Shown piece by piece: positions 28,201 to 38,069 of a stretch of DNA of 64,000 bases (within the stretch, counting starts at the first letter, position 1; the number at the start of each line of letters is the position of its first letter). The DNA is from a virus (taxonomy: Duplodnaviria > Caudoviricetes). The stretch is from the IMG/VR virus record IMGVR_UViG_3300029286_001711, one strand, 5' to 3'. Both the position numbers and the translations under genes were made by a program. The notes beneath the pieces are model-generated. The model saw only the letters and a program-made list of their open reading frames with translations. It was not told the origin of the DNA and searched no databases.

Positions 28201-28512
28201 ACCTGGACATGATGTAAAAGCGTTAACATCGTAATTTAAAGCTGCAGGATCTTTACAACCTACAGTAACTTCACCAGTTCTGAGACCACCACCTAAGATT
28301 GAATATTCACAACAACCGTTACAAGATGTTGTTGCATTAGGGTCATAATTAGATGCTAACGGGTCTGTACAACCCACAATTGAAAATAAATTATAAAAAC
28401 AACAACTATTATCACCACCACAAGGTTCTGTCGCGTTAGGGTTATAATTAGACGCTAACGGGTCTGTACAACCTACTACTACACCACCGTTATCTATTAT
28501 TATTGTCCCCAT
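25285..28512 (-). CDS. Virion protein with GC(T/K)DPxAxNY Cys-rich repeats
   Basis: Five GC(T/K)DP(L/A)A(S/L)NY...C...CC modules, four tandem at the N-terminus and one internal. Confidence 0.7.
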   Translation of the reverse strand: MGTIIIDNGGVVVGCTDPLASNYNPNATEPCGGDNSCCFYNLFSIVGCTDPLASNYDPNATTSCNGCCEYSILGGGLRTGEVTVGCKDPAALNYDVNAFTSCPGNTCCLYPVLGGGLGTVTVGCKDPAALNYDVNAFTSCPGNFCCLYGIGTGGGNDTNCPGPFSITIEGLVQGVNSVECCNGRVIGGGLPPAGYEYYWDGSRCYYREIIVCPTDLTCLNCNNLNWWNNTYITHHNGQSLQISNPVLWTKIIDLVTNSGQTFYVQTSTGNLIDANCCGQANGIFIDGLCSCDKPAVVTYTPKCISNITEFLQLISTPQGQVFFNANFTNIGISIGLTSQQITFILTNLSPTNETVNSAQATLILANQLIITGGFYVNFSDVTGFPATLTSVDCTKTNGYWDGYACKCKPPVSDCKIDLTMVQTVTIKDFYNNNIQIVTLKDPINDTAQPVSISEACCNKLIKDYSLPWEFQGSYCYATPKDDCLPVIFNLNNNPMKVEPCDNNLELSMWVYFGKPSNACQPIPDPPDVIVIDGVFCDVTISPNTGTLSTPITGFTVDVGGGLDVGTVSVGCKDPAALNYDPTAVVACPGNTCCLYQLSGGLGTGTVDTGPFGSLDFGGGLSFGSGTVDTLGRTVGSTISGIDPNNNGNVPVNPVTPSATTCCYNNLNPILARVTTTNPLLNGSLIQIKEYNSVVDLFDRWIEIKAQLPMSGLTLNFGLNLEIYQGLNCCCNYDIFVDDIKVTCSDQEPVLIVNDIQCPGFDLNRVIDNKKSWVYNPGTPEVGISDYDIIERGDGSFGTLNGEGIINRTFAPSLDADIPWRYTDYFVQSSVYERHSNLVLNSKELFLTFNMCATDKPCPVDYTFSANTKTCYKVNCPSGTTFNSLSGSCTDGVDYYPVDSIDYVEANRFACTTPFTLLELENYKKTFQSFWLQFMEQFIPATTIWVAAEKWCNKPEDDCVMIDPCDYDYELIDSEVIVQSVPSGFFTPPPRVVGSVVGTVSTIPSTTTSTVSSGTISGAILETGTAILTGPVILVPIVDYGSTTITTLIPSTDTFNIDFQTYQDKFTETTTLIVGP
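28085..28260. repeat. Identical 62-bp direct repeat (period 114 bp) encoding GCKDPAALNYDVNAFTSCPGN
   Basis: 28085-28146 equals 28199-28260; a diverged copy lies near 26730-26810 and two GCTDP copies near 28340-28480. Confidence 0.85.
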
Positions 28513-28516
28513 TTAC

Positions 28517-28526
28517 TATAAATATT
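28517..28526 (-). promoter_or_regulatory. Phage promoter-like motif AATATTTATA
   Basis: 4 nt upstream of the ATG at 28512. Confidence 0.55.
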
Positions 28527-28542
28527 TTTTAAACTGTTTTTT

Positions 28543-31500
28543 TTAAACTATTACACATTTTCCTAATGCCGCGTCCCAAGTTCCACCACCAACAACTATT
28601 GCGTAGTTTTCACAACAAGCTGGTGATGATAACGAGACCCCATCATAAAGTATTTCACCATCTATTAGTGTGTAGTTAGGGTTCACTGTTGAGTTACCTA
28701 AATCGTCAAATATTAAAATTCCTGGACATTGGTAGCATTTATCTCCGTCACCGAATGCGTTACCATACCATCCACCAATATTTGTACAACAAGTTACACT
28801 TAAATTTGAATTATCTAAATTCGTTATTAAATATGGTGATTGTGGTCCATAACTCACAACTGAAGGACATGTTAAACATCTACTTGTCATTGTATCATAT
28901 GTGTAACCATAACCAACACAACAAGATTGTGAAAGGTTTGTGTTAGTATTATTATTTTTAACCACAAAGGTACAAGCGTTGTTTATGTCACACTCTTCAA
29001 CAATGTTTAATGAAGAAGGACATAGAGAACAGTAACTATTAGTACCAAAGGTATTAGCGTAGGAAAGTCCTGTAGAATCTACGATAGTTCCTGTATTTAT
29101 ACCGTTTTCATAAACAGTGATAACACCACTAGTCCATTGATACCCTAAAGAGGTACAACAATCTTGTGATGCTAAAGAACCATCACCATAAACCACAACA
29201 TTACTAGGGTTTATAACAGTTCCAGTACCACAAGGACTAACAATAGGATCTACACATTTATAATTAGCCAAACCATTATCAACAGTATTTGTATCAACCC
29301 AAGTACCACCTCTTAATGTGCAACAAGCTTCATTAGCAATCGGGTTATTTAAATTATCTACATATATACAACTATAAGTGTTAAAAAAACTACCAAGTAC
29401 AATTGTTAAATAAGTACTAGGTGAAATACCTATTTGTCCGTTTGCTGGTGCTACCCAACCATAAGCTGTTGCTAAAGCTTCAACTCCTTGTGTTGTTAGA
29501 GTTGCTATATATTCATCTGCTGAACAATATTTTTTGACATAAGGACTTGGTGGGCACCAATAACAATAGTTAGTAGGTCCTACTGGGTTTACTGGTACAT
29601 TACCACCGCCGGGTCCAATACCAAATACCTCACCACTATTAAACACTCCAGTTTTAGCTGTTGCTAAACCTGTTGGGTTATTAGGATCGATTATGATACA
29701 TCCTGTATCTTTACAGTATTGACCGTCCCAGTACATATTTCTATCAGTACAACAAACTTGACTTAAAGGTAATCCTGTTATTGAATCTAAATAAACACAA
29801 CCACCATATATACTTTGGTCGGATGTTAATGCAAGTTGTGTTGGATCTGGACAAACCACTAATGTACTACAATTACTGTCAACACAACTTACACCGTTCC
29901 AAGTTACATCAAACCCTAATGTTGTTCTATTACAACAAGCTTGTGTAACTGATTGATTTGTAGTTGTGTTAAGTATAACACAAGGACCCAACGGATGATT
30001 ATCTGATGTTAACGCCAACTCTGTCGGTTTAGGACAAATAGGTGGTGGTGTGGTCGGTACTGGTAACCAGTAATTTGGACAACAATCTTTATTTTGTAGT
30101 GAAACAGGTGGTCTACCACCTTTAATATATACTATACCATCAAGACCGAATGTTAATTCAAACGGACATGGTGAACAGGCTAATTTTGTACCAGTAGTGA
30201 AACTTAACTTCATTGAATAGGTGTCACCACTTGGTCTACCATATTTAGGTGAGTTAAGTCCACCTGTGTTTATTAAACCGGCTGTATTAACAACAGCATT
30301 TTGAACTAAGCCACCATTCAAGGTATTAGCATAAGTTGTTCCGTAATACGGTACGGGTAAACCGTTTTGGTCGAATATAAAGGTACCTTTATTGTAATTG
30401 TTAAAGTAATTTTTTGATACATCAACTAATGTTGAACCTGTTAAATATGAATTAAAGTCTGGTATAAAACACTCAAATTGTTGGAAATAGTGTTTACCAT
30501 AGTCATACTCACCAAAATGGGGGTTATTACCTACGGTTGATTCATTACCACCATTATACCAAAAACCATCCATCTGGAAGTAGTTATCTGGTGTCTCAGG
30601 TAATACATTTGGGAATCCGTAAAAATCTATAGGGTAATCTGACAAGGAAACATTTCTATTACTATTTGTTGCGTCGAATACCTCTTGTATTTGATCATAA
30701 ACTTTATTAATATCTAATCTGTCTGCCGCTAAATAAACGTATTCATCTAAAGAAACCAAACATTCGGGTATGTTAAAAAATTTCAAGAAAAACTCTATAA
30801 CTTTTCTTGAACCTTTAGATTTAAATAACCACCAGGCGTTTATTACTAACCGTCTCCATAATTCAATATCTAATTCTTTAGCAGATAAACTTCTTGAATA
30901 TCCACTAAAAACCGTATTGAACGATGGTTGTATTTGTTCTAATAGATTAAAATTATCGGTAGTTACACTTAATAAAACATCAAGGCCTAAATTCTTAGCC
31001 ATAATTTTTATTAATTCGTCTGAGGTGTTATCAAGTTTATTATATGTTACAACATTAGCAAATGAAATACCGTCAATATATTTTTTAACCTGATCAAACT
31101 CCCTACCGTATATTTTTAAAAGTTTACCAACTTTTTTACCATATATCTCATCACCACCACCGTCTGTATCAAATTCGTGTATGGATTCAGCAACAAACCT
31201 TCTCGAAACTAAATCTGTTTTATAGGCATCAAATAATGTTGCCATGTCTAAAATACCCTCTAAAAATCTGGCATAATCACGAGTGGTAATATCTAAATTA
31301 AACCCGTCAGTAATAGGCCATGTAAATCTTTTTTGTGAGAAAACAATAAAGCCGTCAGCTTCAAAAGGTACATCAAATGATGAGGTATAAATAGGTGTTG
31401 TTAACCTATTTAATAATATTTTTTCAAAATCTTCTAGTATATTAAAAAACTGTTCAACCTCTGTATCGTTTGGTCGCATATGATATGTCATCTGACCAAA

Positions 31501-32199
31501 TGTTGATGCTGTTAACGATGGGAAGGGATTACCTTTAGTTTCAACTCTTAAATATTGATAGTTAGTACTTGATCCTGTATACCCAATAACATTGAATTGA
31601 CTGCCACCGTTCCATATGGTGTAATCCACGTAATTTCTTGAAATATTAAATATATCGTCAGGTAATAAGTTAGTAAAATTATTATTATCTTCGATAATAA
31701 GTTGATACGGGTTTTGTATTAAACTTACAGGTATTAAGAATGAAGATATATCCATACCAGAATCATAATTAAAATTCAGTACAGTATTACCAGGTGTATT
31801 CGTAACCGTAGGGTTTAAGTATAACGAACCCTTCCATTTTTGAATTATTTGTTCAATTGTGACTCTTGTATATTCATAGAAACTACCAAAATAAACATAT
31901 CTGCTAATATTGTTTATGTCAAAATTTAAACGAACAGGTATATCACCACCTGATAGATTTAATGATTGTGATTGGGTTAATACTAAATTATCTAATGAAT
32001 AATAATCAGACCATTCACCACCTAACGCAAAGTTTTTATTTATTTTCCTATCAAGATTAGTGGTTATTTGAAAATTACCAAATGTAAATAAGGATACCCC
32101 GTCAGTAAATTGAAGTCCAACTAAATTTGGAGCGAAGTCACCCTCTCTCCTTTTATATGCATCGGTGAGTGAACGAGGTACAACCTTAACTGTTGCCAT
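28543..32199 (-). CDS. Baseplate wedge-like protein with C-terminal Cys-rich repeats
   Basis: WWLFKSKGSRKVIEFFL motif typical of gpI/gp7-type wedge proteins; the C-terminal ~550 aa has repeated S/N-x-x-CC...W(D/N)G..C modules. Confidence 0.6.
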   Translation of the reverse strand: MATVKVVPRSLTDAYKRREGDFAPNLVGLQFTDGVSLFTFGNFQITTNLDRKINKNFALGGEWSDYYSLDNLVLTQSQSLNLSGGDIPVRLNFDINNISRYVYFGSFYEYTRVTIEQIIQKWKGSLYLNPTVTNTPGNTVLNFNYDSGMDISSFLIPVSLIQNPYQLIIEDNNNFTNLLPDDIFNISRNYVDYTIWNGGSQFNVIGYTGSSTNYQYLRVETKGNPFPSLTASTFGQMTYHMRPNDTEVEQFFNILEDFEKILLNRLTTPIYTSSFDVPFEADGFIVFSQKRFTWPITDGFNLDITTRDYARFLEGILDMATLFDAYKTDLVSRRFVAESIHEFDTDGGGDEIYGKKVGKLLKIYGREFDQVKKYIDGISFANVVTYNKLDNTSDELIKIMAKNLGLDVLLSVTTDNFNLLEQIQPSFNTVFSGYSRSLSAKELDIELWRRLVINAWWLFKSKGSRKVIEFFLKFFNIPECLVSLDEYVYLAADRLDINKVYDQIQEVFDATNSNRNVSLSDYPIDFYGFPNVLPETPDNYFQMDGFWYNGGNESTVGNNPHFGEYDYGKHYFQQFECFIPDFNSYLTGSTLVDVSKNYFNNYNKGTFIFDQNGLPVPYYGTTYANTLNGGLVQNAVVNTAGLINTGGLNSPKYGRPSGDTYSMKLSFTTGTKLACSPCPFELTFGLDGIVYIKGGRPPVSLQNKDCCPNYWLPVPTTPPPICPKPTELALTSDNHPLGPCVILNTTTNQSVTQACCNRTTLGFDVTWNGVSCVDSNCSTLVVCPDPTQLALTSDQSIYGGCVYLDSITGLPLSQVCCTDRNMYWDGQYCKDTGCIIIDPNNPTGLATAKTGVFNSGEVFGIGPGGGNVPVNPVGPTNYCYWCPPSPYVKKYCSADEYIATLTTQGVEALATAYGWVAPANGQIGISPSTYLTIVLGSFFNTYSCIYVDNLNNPIANEACCTLRGGTWVDTNTVDNGLANYKCVDPIVSPCGTGTVINPSNVVVYGDGSLASQDCCTSLGYQWTSGVITVYENGINTGTIVDSTGLSYANTFGTNSYCSLCPSSLNIVEECDINNACTFVVKNNNTNTNLSQSCCVGYGYTYDTMTSRCLTCPSVVSYGPQSPYLITNLDNSNLSVTCCTNIGGWYGNAFGDGDKCYQCPGILIFDDLGNSTVNPNYTLIDGEILYDGVSLSSPACCENYAIVVGGGTWDAALGKCVIV

Positions 32200-33095
32200 T
32201 AAGCTGTTGGTATATTAGTGATTGTATTGAAATCTTTAGTGAAATCAATATTATTAACCAATTGACGAACCTCATGTAACGGTTCACCTGTGAATTGATC
32301 TTGGACTTCGTATAAGTTGTATTGTTTATAAATATTATTTTGAAAGTCGTAAATAGTGTACTTACCGTCAACGATAGATTTAATTTGATTACCGAATATA
32401 CCGTAAGCTAATGTTTCAATATCGTATTCAACCATATCGATTTCTAATGATATTGGATTAAAATATGTATTACAAACCGAAATTAATTGTCCAGCAACAC
32501 CAATATCTGGGAATAAATTAGGTTTTACATTTGGTGCTGAACTTGGTGTTACCGTACAGAAAACTAAATTGGATGAATCATTAAAACGATATCTAACCGC
32601 TTTTTGTGTTGTGTTAGATAGGTTAGCATTTACTGGTTCAACTCTATTAGCTGAAGTTATAATCCTAAAAAAATTTGGAATTCTAGCACCGTTACTATTA
32701 TAATATTCAACACGATAACCAATTAAACTTGTTACATCCGCGATACCTAATAGGTTAGCATCTAAAACAAGTCCTTTAACATCAGGAAATGCAGCTAAAA
32801 CACCACAATCTGTTATTGTTACCCTAACCTCTTTTGGTTTAATTACAACGGTGTAAATTCCTTTAGCAGAAAAATTAGCTAAAGGTAACTGTAAATTATA
32901 TAAACCATCAAATAATGGTATACCGTTTGCGTCTGGCACGGGATGATTAAATCTTGAAATAACCTGATTTGGGTTTAAAGACTGTAATGGTATTGTCGGT
33001 ATTTTATCTCTTGATGGACTATACGTGTAGTAAATCTCCATATCATCTGGACCCGCTGTCGCTGGTCTAACTATGCCATAATTTCCTGTTGCCAT
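32199..33095 (-). CDS. Putative virion structural protein
   Basis: 298 aa in the structural operon. Confidence 0.6.
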   Translation of the reverse strand: MATGNYGIVRPATAGPDDMEIYYTYSPSRDKIPTIPLQSLNPNQVISRFNHPVPDANGIPLFDGLYNLQLPLANFSAKGIYTVVIKPKEVRVTITDCGVLAAFPDVKGLVLDANLLGIADVTSLIGYRVEYYNSNGARIPNFFRIITSANRVEPVNANLSNTTQKAVRYRFNDSSNLVFCTVTPSSAPNVKPNLFPDIGVAGQLISVCNTYFNPISLEIDMVEYDIETLAYGIFGNQIKSIVDGKYTIYDFQNNIYKQYNLYEVQDQFTGEPLHEVRQLVNNIDFTKDFNTITNIPTA

Positions 33096-33098
33096 GTT

Positions 33099-33566
33099 TT
33101 AATTGTTATCTATAATTTTGTAGTAACCATTTCTGTAGTTTATCAAACCTTCCATTGTTTTAATTTCAGAAAGTCTGGAATGATGTTCAAAAACCGCTAA
33201 ACTCATCCTTTCTATAAATAGCTCGTTATCGACTTTTGGTGGGAAAACTAATCCCATTTTAGCCTCTTCTTTTATAAAAAAATACTTAGCAAAATCAAAC
33301 CCATTTAAATTAGTGTTAAATGTTGTTGGATGTGTAAAATTACTAACACCAAAACCCTTTTTTGTTGGTTGGTACTGTGTTTCATAGTTAATACCATCTA
33401 TTGTATATTTTATTACCGTTGGGTTACCAGATATTATAGCTGTAACCCCGTTTACACCAACCTGAAAAGGGTTGGTTTGACTATACGTACTAATTACGTC
33501 TAATTTATGTGATGTAAACCCTGTTATCATGGTGTTAATGTTATATTTTGTGGCCCTAACACACAA
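33099..33566 (-). CDS. Putative virion protein (likely true start ATG at 33530)
   Basis: ATGA overlap with the stop of the upstream gene at 33527-33530 gives MITGFTSHK... Confidence 0.6.
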   Translation of the reverse strand: MCVRATKYNINTMITGFTSHKLDVISTYSQTNPFQVGVNGVTAIISGNPTVIKYTIDGINYETQYQPTKKGFGVSNFTHPTTFNTNLNGFDFAKYFFIKEEAKMGLVFPPKVDNELFIERMSLAVFEHHSRLSEIKTMEGLINYRNGYYKIIDNN

Positions 33567-35458
33567 CCATTTGCGTCAGTTATTGTTACTGTTAATACGG
33601 TACCTACACAGTATGAGTTAGATGTAATTAATGTACCACCATCACCCCATAAAATAGAATAAGGTGTAACACCACCAATAATATTAATTATTGCTTGTCT
33701 ACAATCGTTAATACCACAACCAGTACACGTAGTACCTGTTGTACTATCAATAATACCTATATCTAAAATAGATAATGGATCTGGCTGTACTGTATTAACG
33801 GTTGTTGAAGCTGAGCAACCAAATTTATCTACTGTAATTATTGTATTTGACCCTGCTGATAATGTTAGTAAGACTAAAGACGATGAGTTAGATGGTCCAT
33901 AACTACAACCAGATGTTGTACATTGAGTTTGTAGTGTACCATTAACATAATACTTATGAAAATTGGTTGGTATTGTTGGGTATCCAGTAACAAAAGTTCC
34001 AGTAGTATAAAAACTAGTTGCTGATATTATAACACTACCACCATTACAAGGTATATCAAAACCATTTGTTTGTGGTGGTTTTGTAAATGAGTTACTCAAT
34101 AAAGGTGGTCTGGTTAACTGTATACTAGTTGTAGGACCTGGACAACCAGATGTATCTACCATTGATATGGTGTAATTAGCAGCAATTAAGTTATTAAACA
34201 TGTATGGTCCATTGACGGCTGGTGTTGTAAAATTAGTATTACCACCGTTAATTGTGATAAGATATGAACCGTTACCACCTGTAGGGTTAACTGTTATTGT
34301 ACCGTCAGTTGCATTAAAACAACTAACTTGAGTTAAGAATCCTACATAACCATATGAACTTATGTTGTATGTGTATGTTACAAAAATAGGTTGGGTTAAT
34401 GTAACTGGTATGTTAATAAAAGAACCAACATTATCTGTAATTTTAACATTATAAGTTCCAACTGGTAAGTTATTGAAAATTCCTGTATAATTAGTTTCTG
34501 TAGCCGGTCCTGTTAACTCATAAAGATACCCTGTATATCCAATACCACCCTCACCCTGGACTGTTATATTTCCAGTGTTACCACCTTGACAATCGATATT
34601 AGTTGTGGTGATGACATTACCTGATAATACAATTGGTTCTGTAATATCAAATACAGCTGATACAATAGTACCACTACCATCTACAACTTGTACAGTGTAA
34701 TGACCAGCACATAGTGATGTGAGACCTGTTGATGTACCTAATGTGTTAGTTGGTGAACCTGAATACCATAGATAGGTATAAGGTAATTGACCACCTTGTG
34801 GTGTAACACCGGCTGAACCATTACACCCAGAAGTTGCGTTAACTTGTGAATTTATAGTTGTTAAATCTAGAGTTAACCCTTGTGGTTGTTGTAAAAAATA
34901 CGATGTATATGAAATATTATTATTATTGTCTGTAACTTTTAAAACATAACTACCAGCTTCTAAACCTGTTATAGTTGGGTTTGTTGAACTAAACCCGTTA
35001 GGCCCAGTCCATTCTGTAGTAGCCGGTCCAGCACTCCTATTTGGGACAGCCGATAATATACCATCTGAGGCCCCAAATTGGGTGATAGGTTTTTCAGTTA
35101 TAGAGGAATCACCGTTGGATGAACTAGCATTTGTAGTTCTTGCTTGTTGTGAAGACGAGTCTGCCGCACCACCATTATTAGCACTATTGTTATTACCCAT
35201 AGCGTAAGACACACCACCAATACCCACTTTACCCGTTGTTTTAAGGGTTGATTCCAGTATTACACCATTGTTGGATAAATTCCATAATCCTTGTGCGCTA
35301 ACTATTTCATATACAGGGTTTGCTGTATCGGTATATATTCCAATGTCTTCATAGTCTTGTTTAAGAAAAATAGGGAAATATAAAGTTGTGGCAGTAACAA
35401 CTAACATGTTTGTTCTACCAATTTCTTCATATCCAACTGATCTCTTATAAAATTCCAT
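33527..35458 (-). CDS. SprB-repeat-containing virion protein
   Basis: Repeats of C.G...G...V...GG..PY.Y.W / GL.AG.Y.V.V.D (GGQLPYTYLW, GGVTPYSILW, GLEAGSYVLKVTD, NLPVGTYNVKITD). Confidence 0.8.
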   Translation of the reverse strand: MEFYKRSVGYEEIGRTNMLVVTATTLYFPIFLKQDYEDIGIYTDTANPVYEIVSAQGLWNLSNNGVILESTLKTTGKVGIGGVSYAMGNNNSANNGGAADSSSQQARTTNASSSNGDSSITEKPITQFGASDGILSAVPNRSAGPATTEWTGPNGFSSTNPTITGLEAGSYVLKVTDNNNNISYTSYFLQQPQGLTLDLTTINSQVNATSGCNGSAGVTPQGGQLPYTYLWYSGSPTNTLGTSTGLTSLCAGHYTVQVVDGSGTIVSAVFDITEPIVLSGNVITTTNIDCQGGNTGNITVQGEGGIGYTGYLYELTGPATETNYTGIFNNLPVGTYNVKITDNVGSFINIPVTLTQPIFVTYTYNISSYGYVGFLTQVSCFNATDGTITVNPTGGNGSYLITINGGNTNFTTPAVNGPYMFNNLIAANYTISMVDTSGCPGPTTSIQLTRPPLLSNSFTKPPQTNGFDIPCNGGSVIISATSFYTTGTFVTGYPTIPTNFHKYYVNGTLQTQCTTSGCSYGPSNSSSLVLLTLSAGSNTIITVDKFGCSASTTVNTVQPDPLSILDIGIIDSTTGTTCTGCGINDCRQAIINIIGGVTPYSILWGDGGTLITSNSYCVGTVLTVTITDANGCVLGPQNITLTP

Positions 35459-36267
35459 TATGACATTATAAATTCAGATAGTGTTATTACAGTAGGTGTA
35501 TTAGCGCCGAATGGTGTGTAAGGTCTAAAATTATATTCACCGTTATTAAGTTTAGGGTTTAATAACTCCACAGCACTCGTTCTCCAACTTCTGTTGGTAT
35601 TATTTTTATATTGGTTAACACTAATTGGTGCACCAGTGAAATTGTTAACAATAGATAACGGTATATTAATAAATTTTGTAATCTTACCTGTCTTTGCATT
35701 AAAGAATCTAGCTTCCATATAAACAATTTTGTTATTATTATTCTTCACAAAATATTCATCATTCCTTAACCAATAAAGTCTATTAAAAGATATTGTCGGT
35801 TGTATGGTTTCCCCAACATTTAAATCTTCAGTAAAAATTAAATTATTTGTATCACCACTATTACTGTCATAGAAATATAGTCTAAAGAAACTTTTTTTAA
35901 ACCCATTAATACGATTATTTACATCTGTTGTTGTAAGACCGTTTGCTGCGTAAGAAACCGTATAACTATTAGAAACAGTATCCCAAAACCTAAAATTTAT
36001 TAATAACCCAGCCCCCACATTCGCTAACATATTACTAAATTTATATTTAGTTGTTTCAGCGTCGAAAGTAGGATTTATAGCTTTTTTCCTTTCGGATAAA
36101 ACAATGTCTTGCACATCTTCCCCGTAATCAACGGGAAAAAAATTTGTATTAATTGGGAATACAACTGATTTATATAAATCAAAATTATTAGTACCAGCTG
36201 CATTAACACTAAAAGTATTACCTGTTACTGATTTAAAAGTATTCTGTATTTGATATTTTATTAACAT
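35458..36267 (-). CDS. Putative virion structural protein
   Basis: 269 aa; GFKKSFFRLYFYDS motif; operon context. Confidence 0.6.
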   Translation of the reverse strand: MLIKYQIQNTFKSVTGNTFSVNAAGTNNFDLYKSVVFPINTNFFPVDYGEDVQDIVLSERKKAINPTFDAETTKYKFSNMLANVGAGLLINFRFWDTVSNSYTVSYAANGLTTTDVNNRINGFKKSFFRLYFYDSNSGDTNNLIFTEDLNVGETIQPTISFNRLYWLRNDEYFVKNNNNKIVYMEARFFNAKTGKITKFINIPLSIVNNFTGAPISVNQYKNNTNRSWRTSAVELLNPKLNNGEYNFRPYTPFGANTPTVITLSEFIMS

Positions 36268-38069
36268 TCCTCTGTTAAGTTTTTAACCTCTTTAGATGCA
36301 CTCTGATTTATTAAGTTAACTGGATTCTGTCTTCTAACAAATAAATTATGGTTAAAATAAAAATAGTGTGAATTATTTAAGAATGGATAATCAACACCGT
36401 TAACACCCTCTTCAAAATAACCTATTGTTAGTAAGTCTTTCCACCATATAGAACCGTCGGCATAGGTAACATAGTTATCTGGTATGTCAATAATGATTTC
36501 ATTAGCTAACGCGGTTTCCACTACTTCACTATAAGCCCTTATTTTTAATTTTCTAAAAGGTTTATAAAAATATCCCTCCCCATTTGGATTTGTGTTAACT
36601 CCAAATCTGTGTATAATATCAGCAACATTTCTCTCTGTAATTTCCAAACTATTAAATTCAACAAAATCACCAATATATTTACTACCCATTACCTGTTGTA
36701 CCTGACCCTGTACGTTGATAACCTCACTCCTTGGTGTCGATTTTACAATAGAACCTATTCCTGTTGGGTTATTAAGTGAGATGTTTTCTAAACTATTAGC
36801 GGTGTTAGTGGTAGTGGCATTAAATTCCCAGTCAGATGTGACATTACTCCAGTTATAAGGGTTTTTACCTGACCTTTTTACTGTAGTATAATATAATTCA
36901 GAAACGAAACCGTTTCTATTATCCCTTAATCTCTCAACGTTAATATCCTGATTATATTGAAATAACCACGTATCATTTGCTGTACCAACAGTAGGATCTG
37001 AAGTATCAGAATAGATACTTGTACTATAGGCACAATTATAAACATCGTAATTATTGGATGTTAATAACTCAAAATTTCTAATATAGTATTCTGATGGGGT
37101 ACCATCTAATAACCGATATTTTGAAATAGACGGTGTATAGAAAAAATTTGTACCTTTAGTGTTAGATATTGACGTTCTAATAACAAATTTTGTTGCCCCC
37201 ACAATATTATAAACACGCCAAACACCATTTAATGTGTTGATATTATTAGTTCTTATATCAACAAAGTCGTTAATTAATAAGTTGTGTGGTGTTGTCGATG
37301 TAATTGTTGTATACATAGTTTCACCAACTAGGTACGTACCAACTGTTGAGCCACTAATATCTGTTGCGGTTGCTTGAATAAAACTTAATGGGTTATTAAA
37401 TCTACCATCATCAAATGACGACCTCACTACCCTTACAAAATTACCAGTACCTGAAGGTGGTGTTGTGATAATAGTTTCTAATGTTACATCAGTGGTGGGG
37501 TTTATTCCACCAATACCTAGAGTTTGTACTTTATGAATACCTTGTAACGGGTTATACGTTGAATTACTATATAAATAAATGTAATCACCTTCTACTAAGT
37601 TATGTCTTTGAACACCTTTTATCGTTAATTTATTGTCCCCGTTAATAACTGTAGTACCTAAAATTTGATATTGTAAACCTCTATAAGCATTTGATGATAT
37701 GGTACCAGCTGGAACTCTAGCGTTTATTACAAAATTAGGATCCATAGTTGATGGGTATGTTACTTGCATAACCCAATTATTAGGTGTTACCGCTGGTGTG
37801 CCATAAAATAGTGGGTCCCACATTATACTCGTAGCACCAGTACTTAAAACGTTAGAGGTGTAGATGTTTAATTTACCATTAACTCTATACTTGAAAGATT
37901 TTTGTCTTTCCTCCTCGAAAAGTAGTGGCACGTTAACAATATCAATAATATCATACTCAGTTAGTGGTTTTGTTTTTTCTTCTAACTGTGTTTGTATATT
38001 AGTGTTGGTATTAGAGGCAAGTTTGTACCTCTTATTACCAATGAGTTGTCTAACGTAATTTCTTTCCAT
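36261..38069 (-). CDS. Putative virion structural protein
   Basis: 602 aa; two HNL..(G/N)D.(I/V) beta-repeat segments. Confidence 0.6.
   Translation of the reverse strand: MERNYVRQLIGNKRYKLASNTNTNIQTQLEEKTKPLTEYDIIDIVNVPLLFEEERQKSFKYRVNGKLNIYTSNVLSTGATSIMWDPLFYGTPAVTPNNWVMQVTYPSTMDPNFVINARVPAGTISSNAYRGLQYQILGTTVINGDNKLTIKGVQRHNLVEGDYIYLYSNSTYNPLQGIHKVQTLGIGGINPTTDVTLETIITTPPSGTGNFVRVVRSSFDDGRFNNPLSFIQATATDISGSTVGTYLVGETMYTTITSTTPHNLLINDFVDIRTNNINTLNGVWRVYNIVGATKFVIRTSISNTKGTNFFYTPSISKYRLLDGTPSEYYIRNFELLTSNNYDVYNCAYSTSIYSDTSDPTVGTANDTWLFQYNQDINVERLRDNRNGFVSELYYTTVKRSGKNPYNWSNVTSDWEFNATTTNTANSLENISLNNPTGIGSIVKSTPRSEVINVQGQVQQVMGSKYIGDFVEFNSLEITERNVADIIHRFGVNTNPNGEGYFYKPFRKLKIRAYSEVVETALANEIIIDIPDNYVTYADGSIWWKDLLTIGYFEEGVNGVDYPFLNNSHYFYFNHNLFVRRQNPVNLINQSASKEVKNLTEEC

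Noticed and set aside
26720-28490. Diversity-generating retroelement TR/VR pair or CRISPR array
   Set aside because: The repeats are in-frame coding modules, either identical or diverged without an evident adenine bias. There are no unique spacers and no reverse transcriptase or cas gene in the window.
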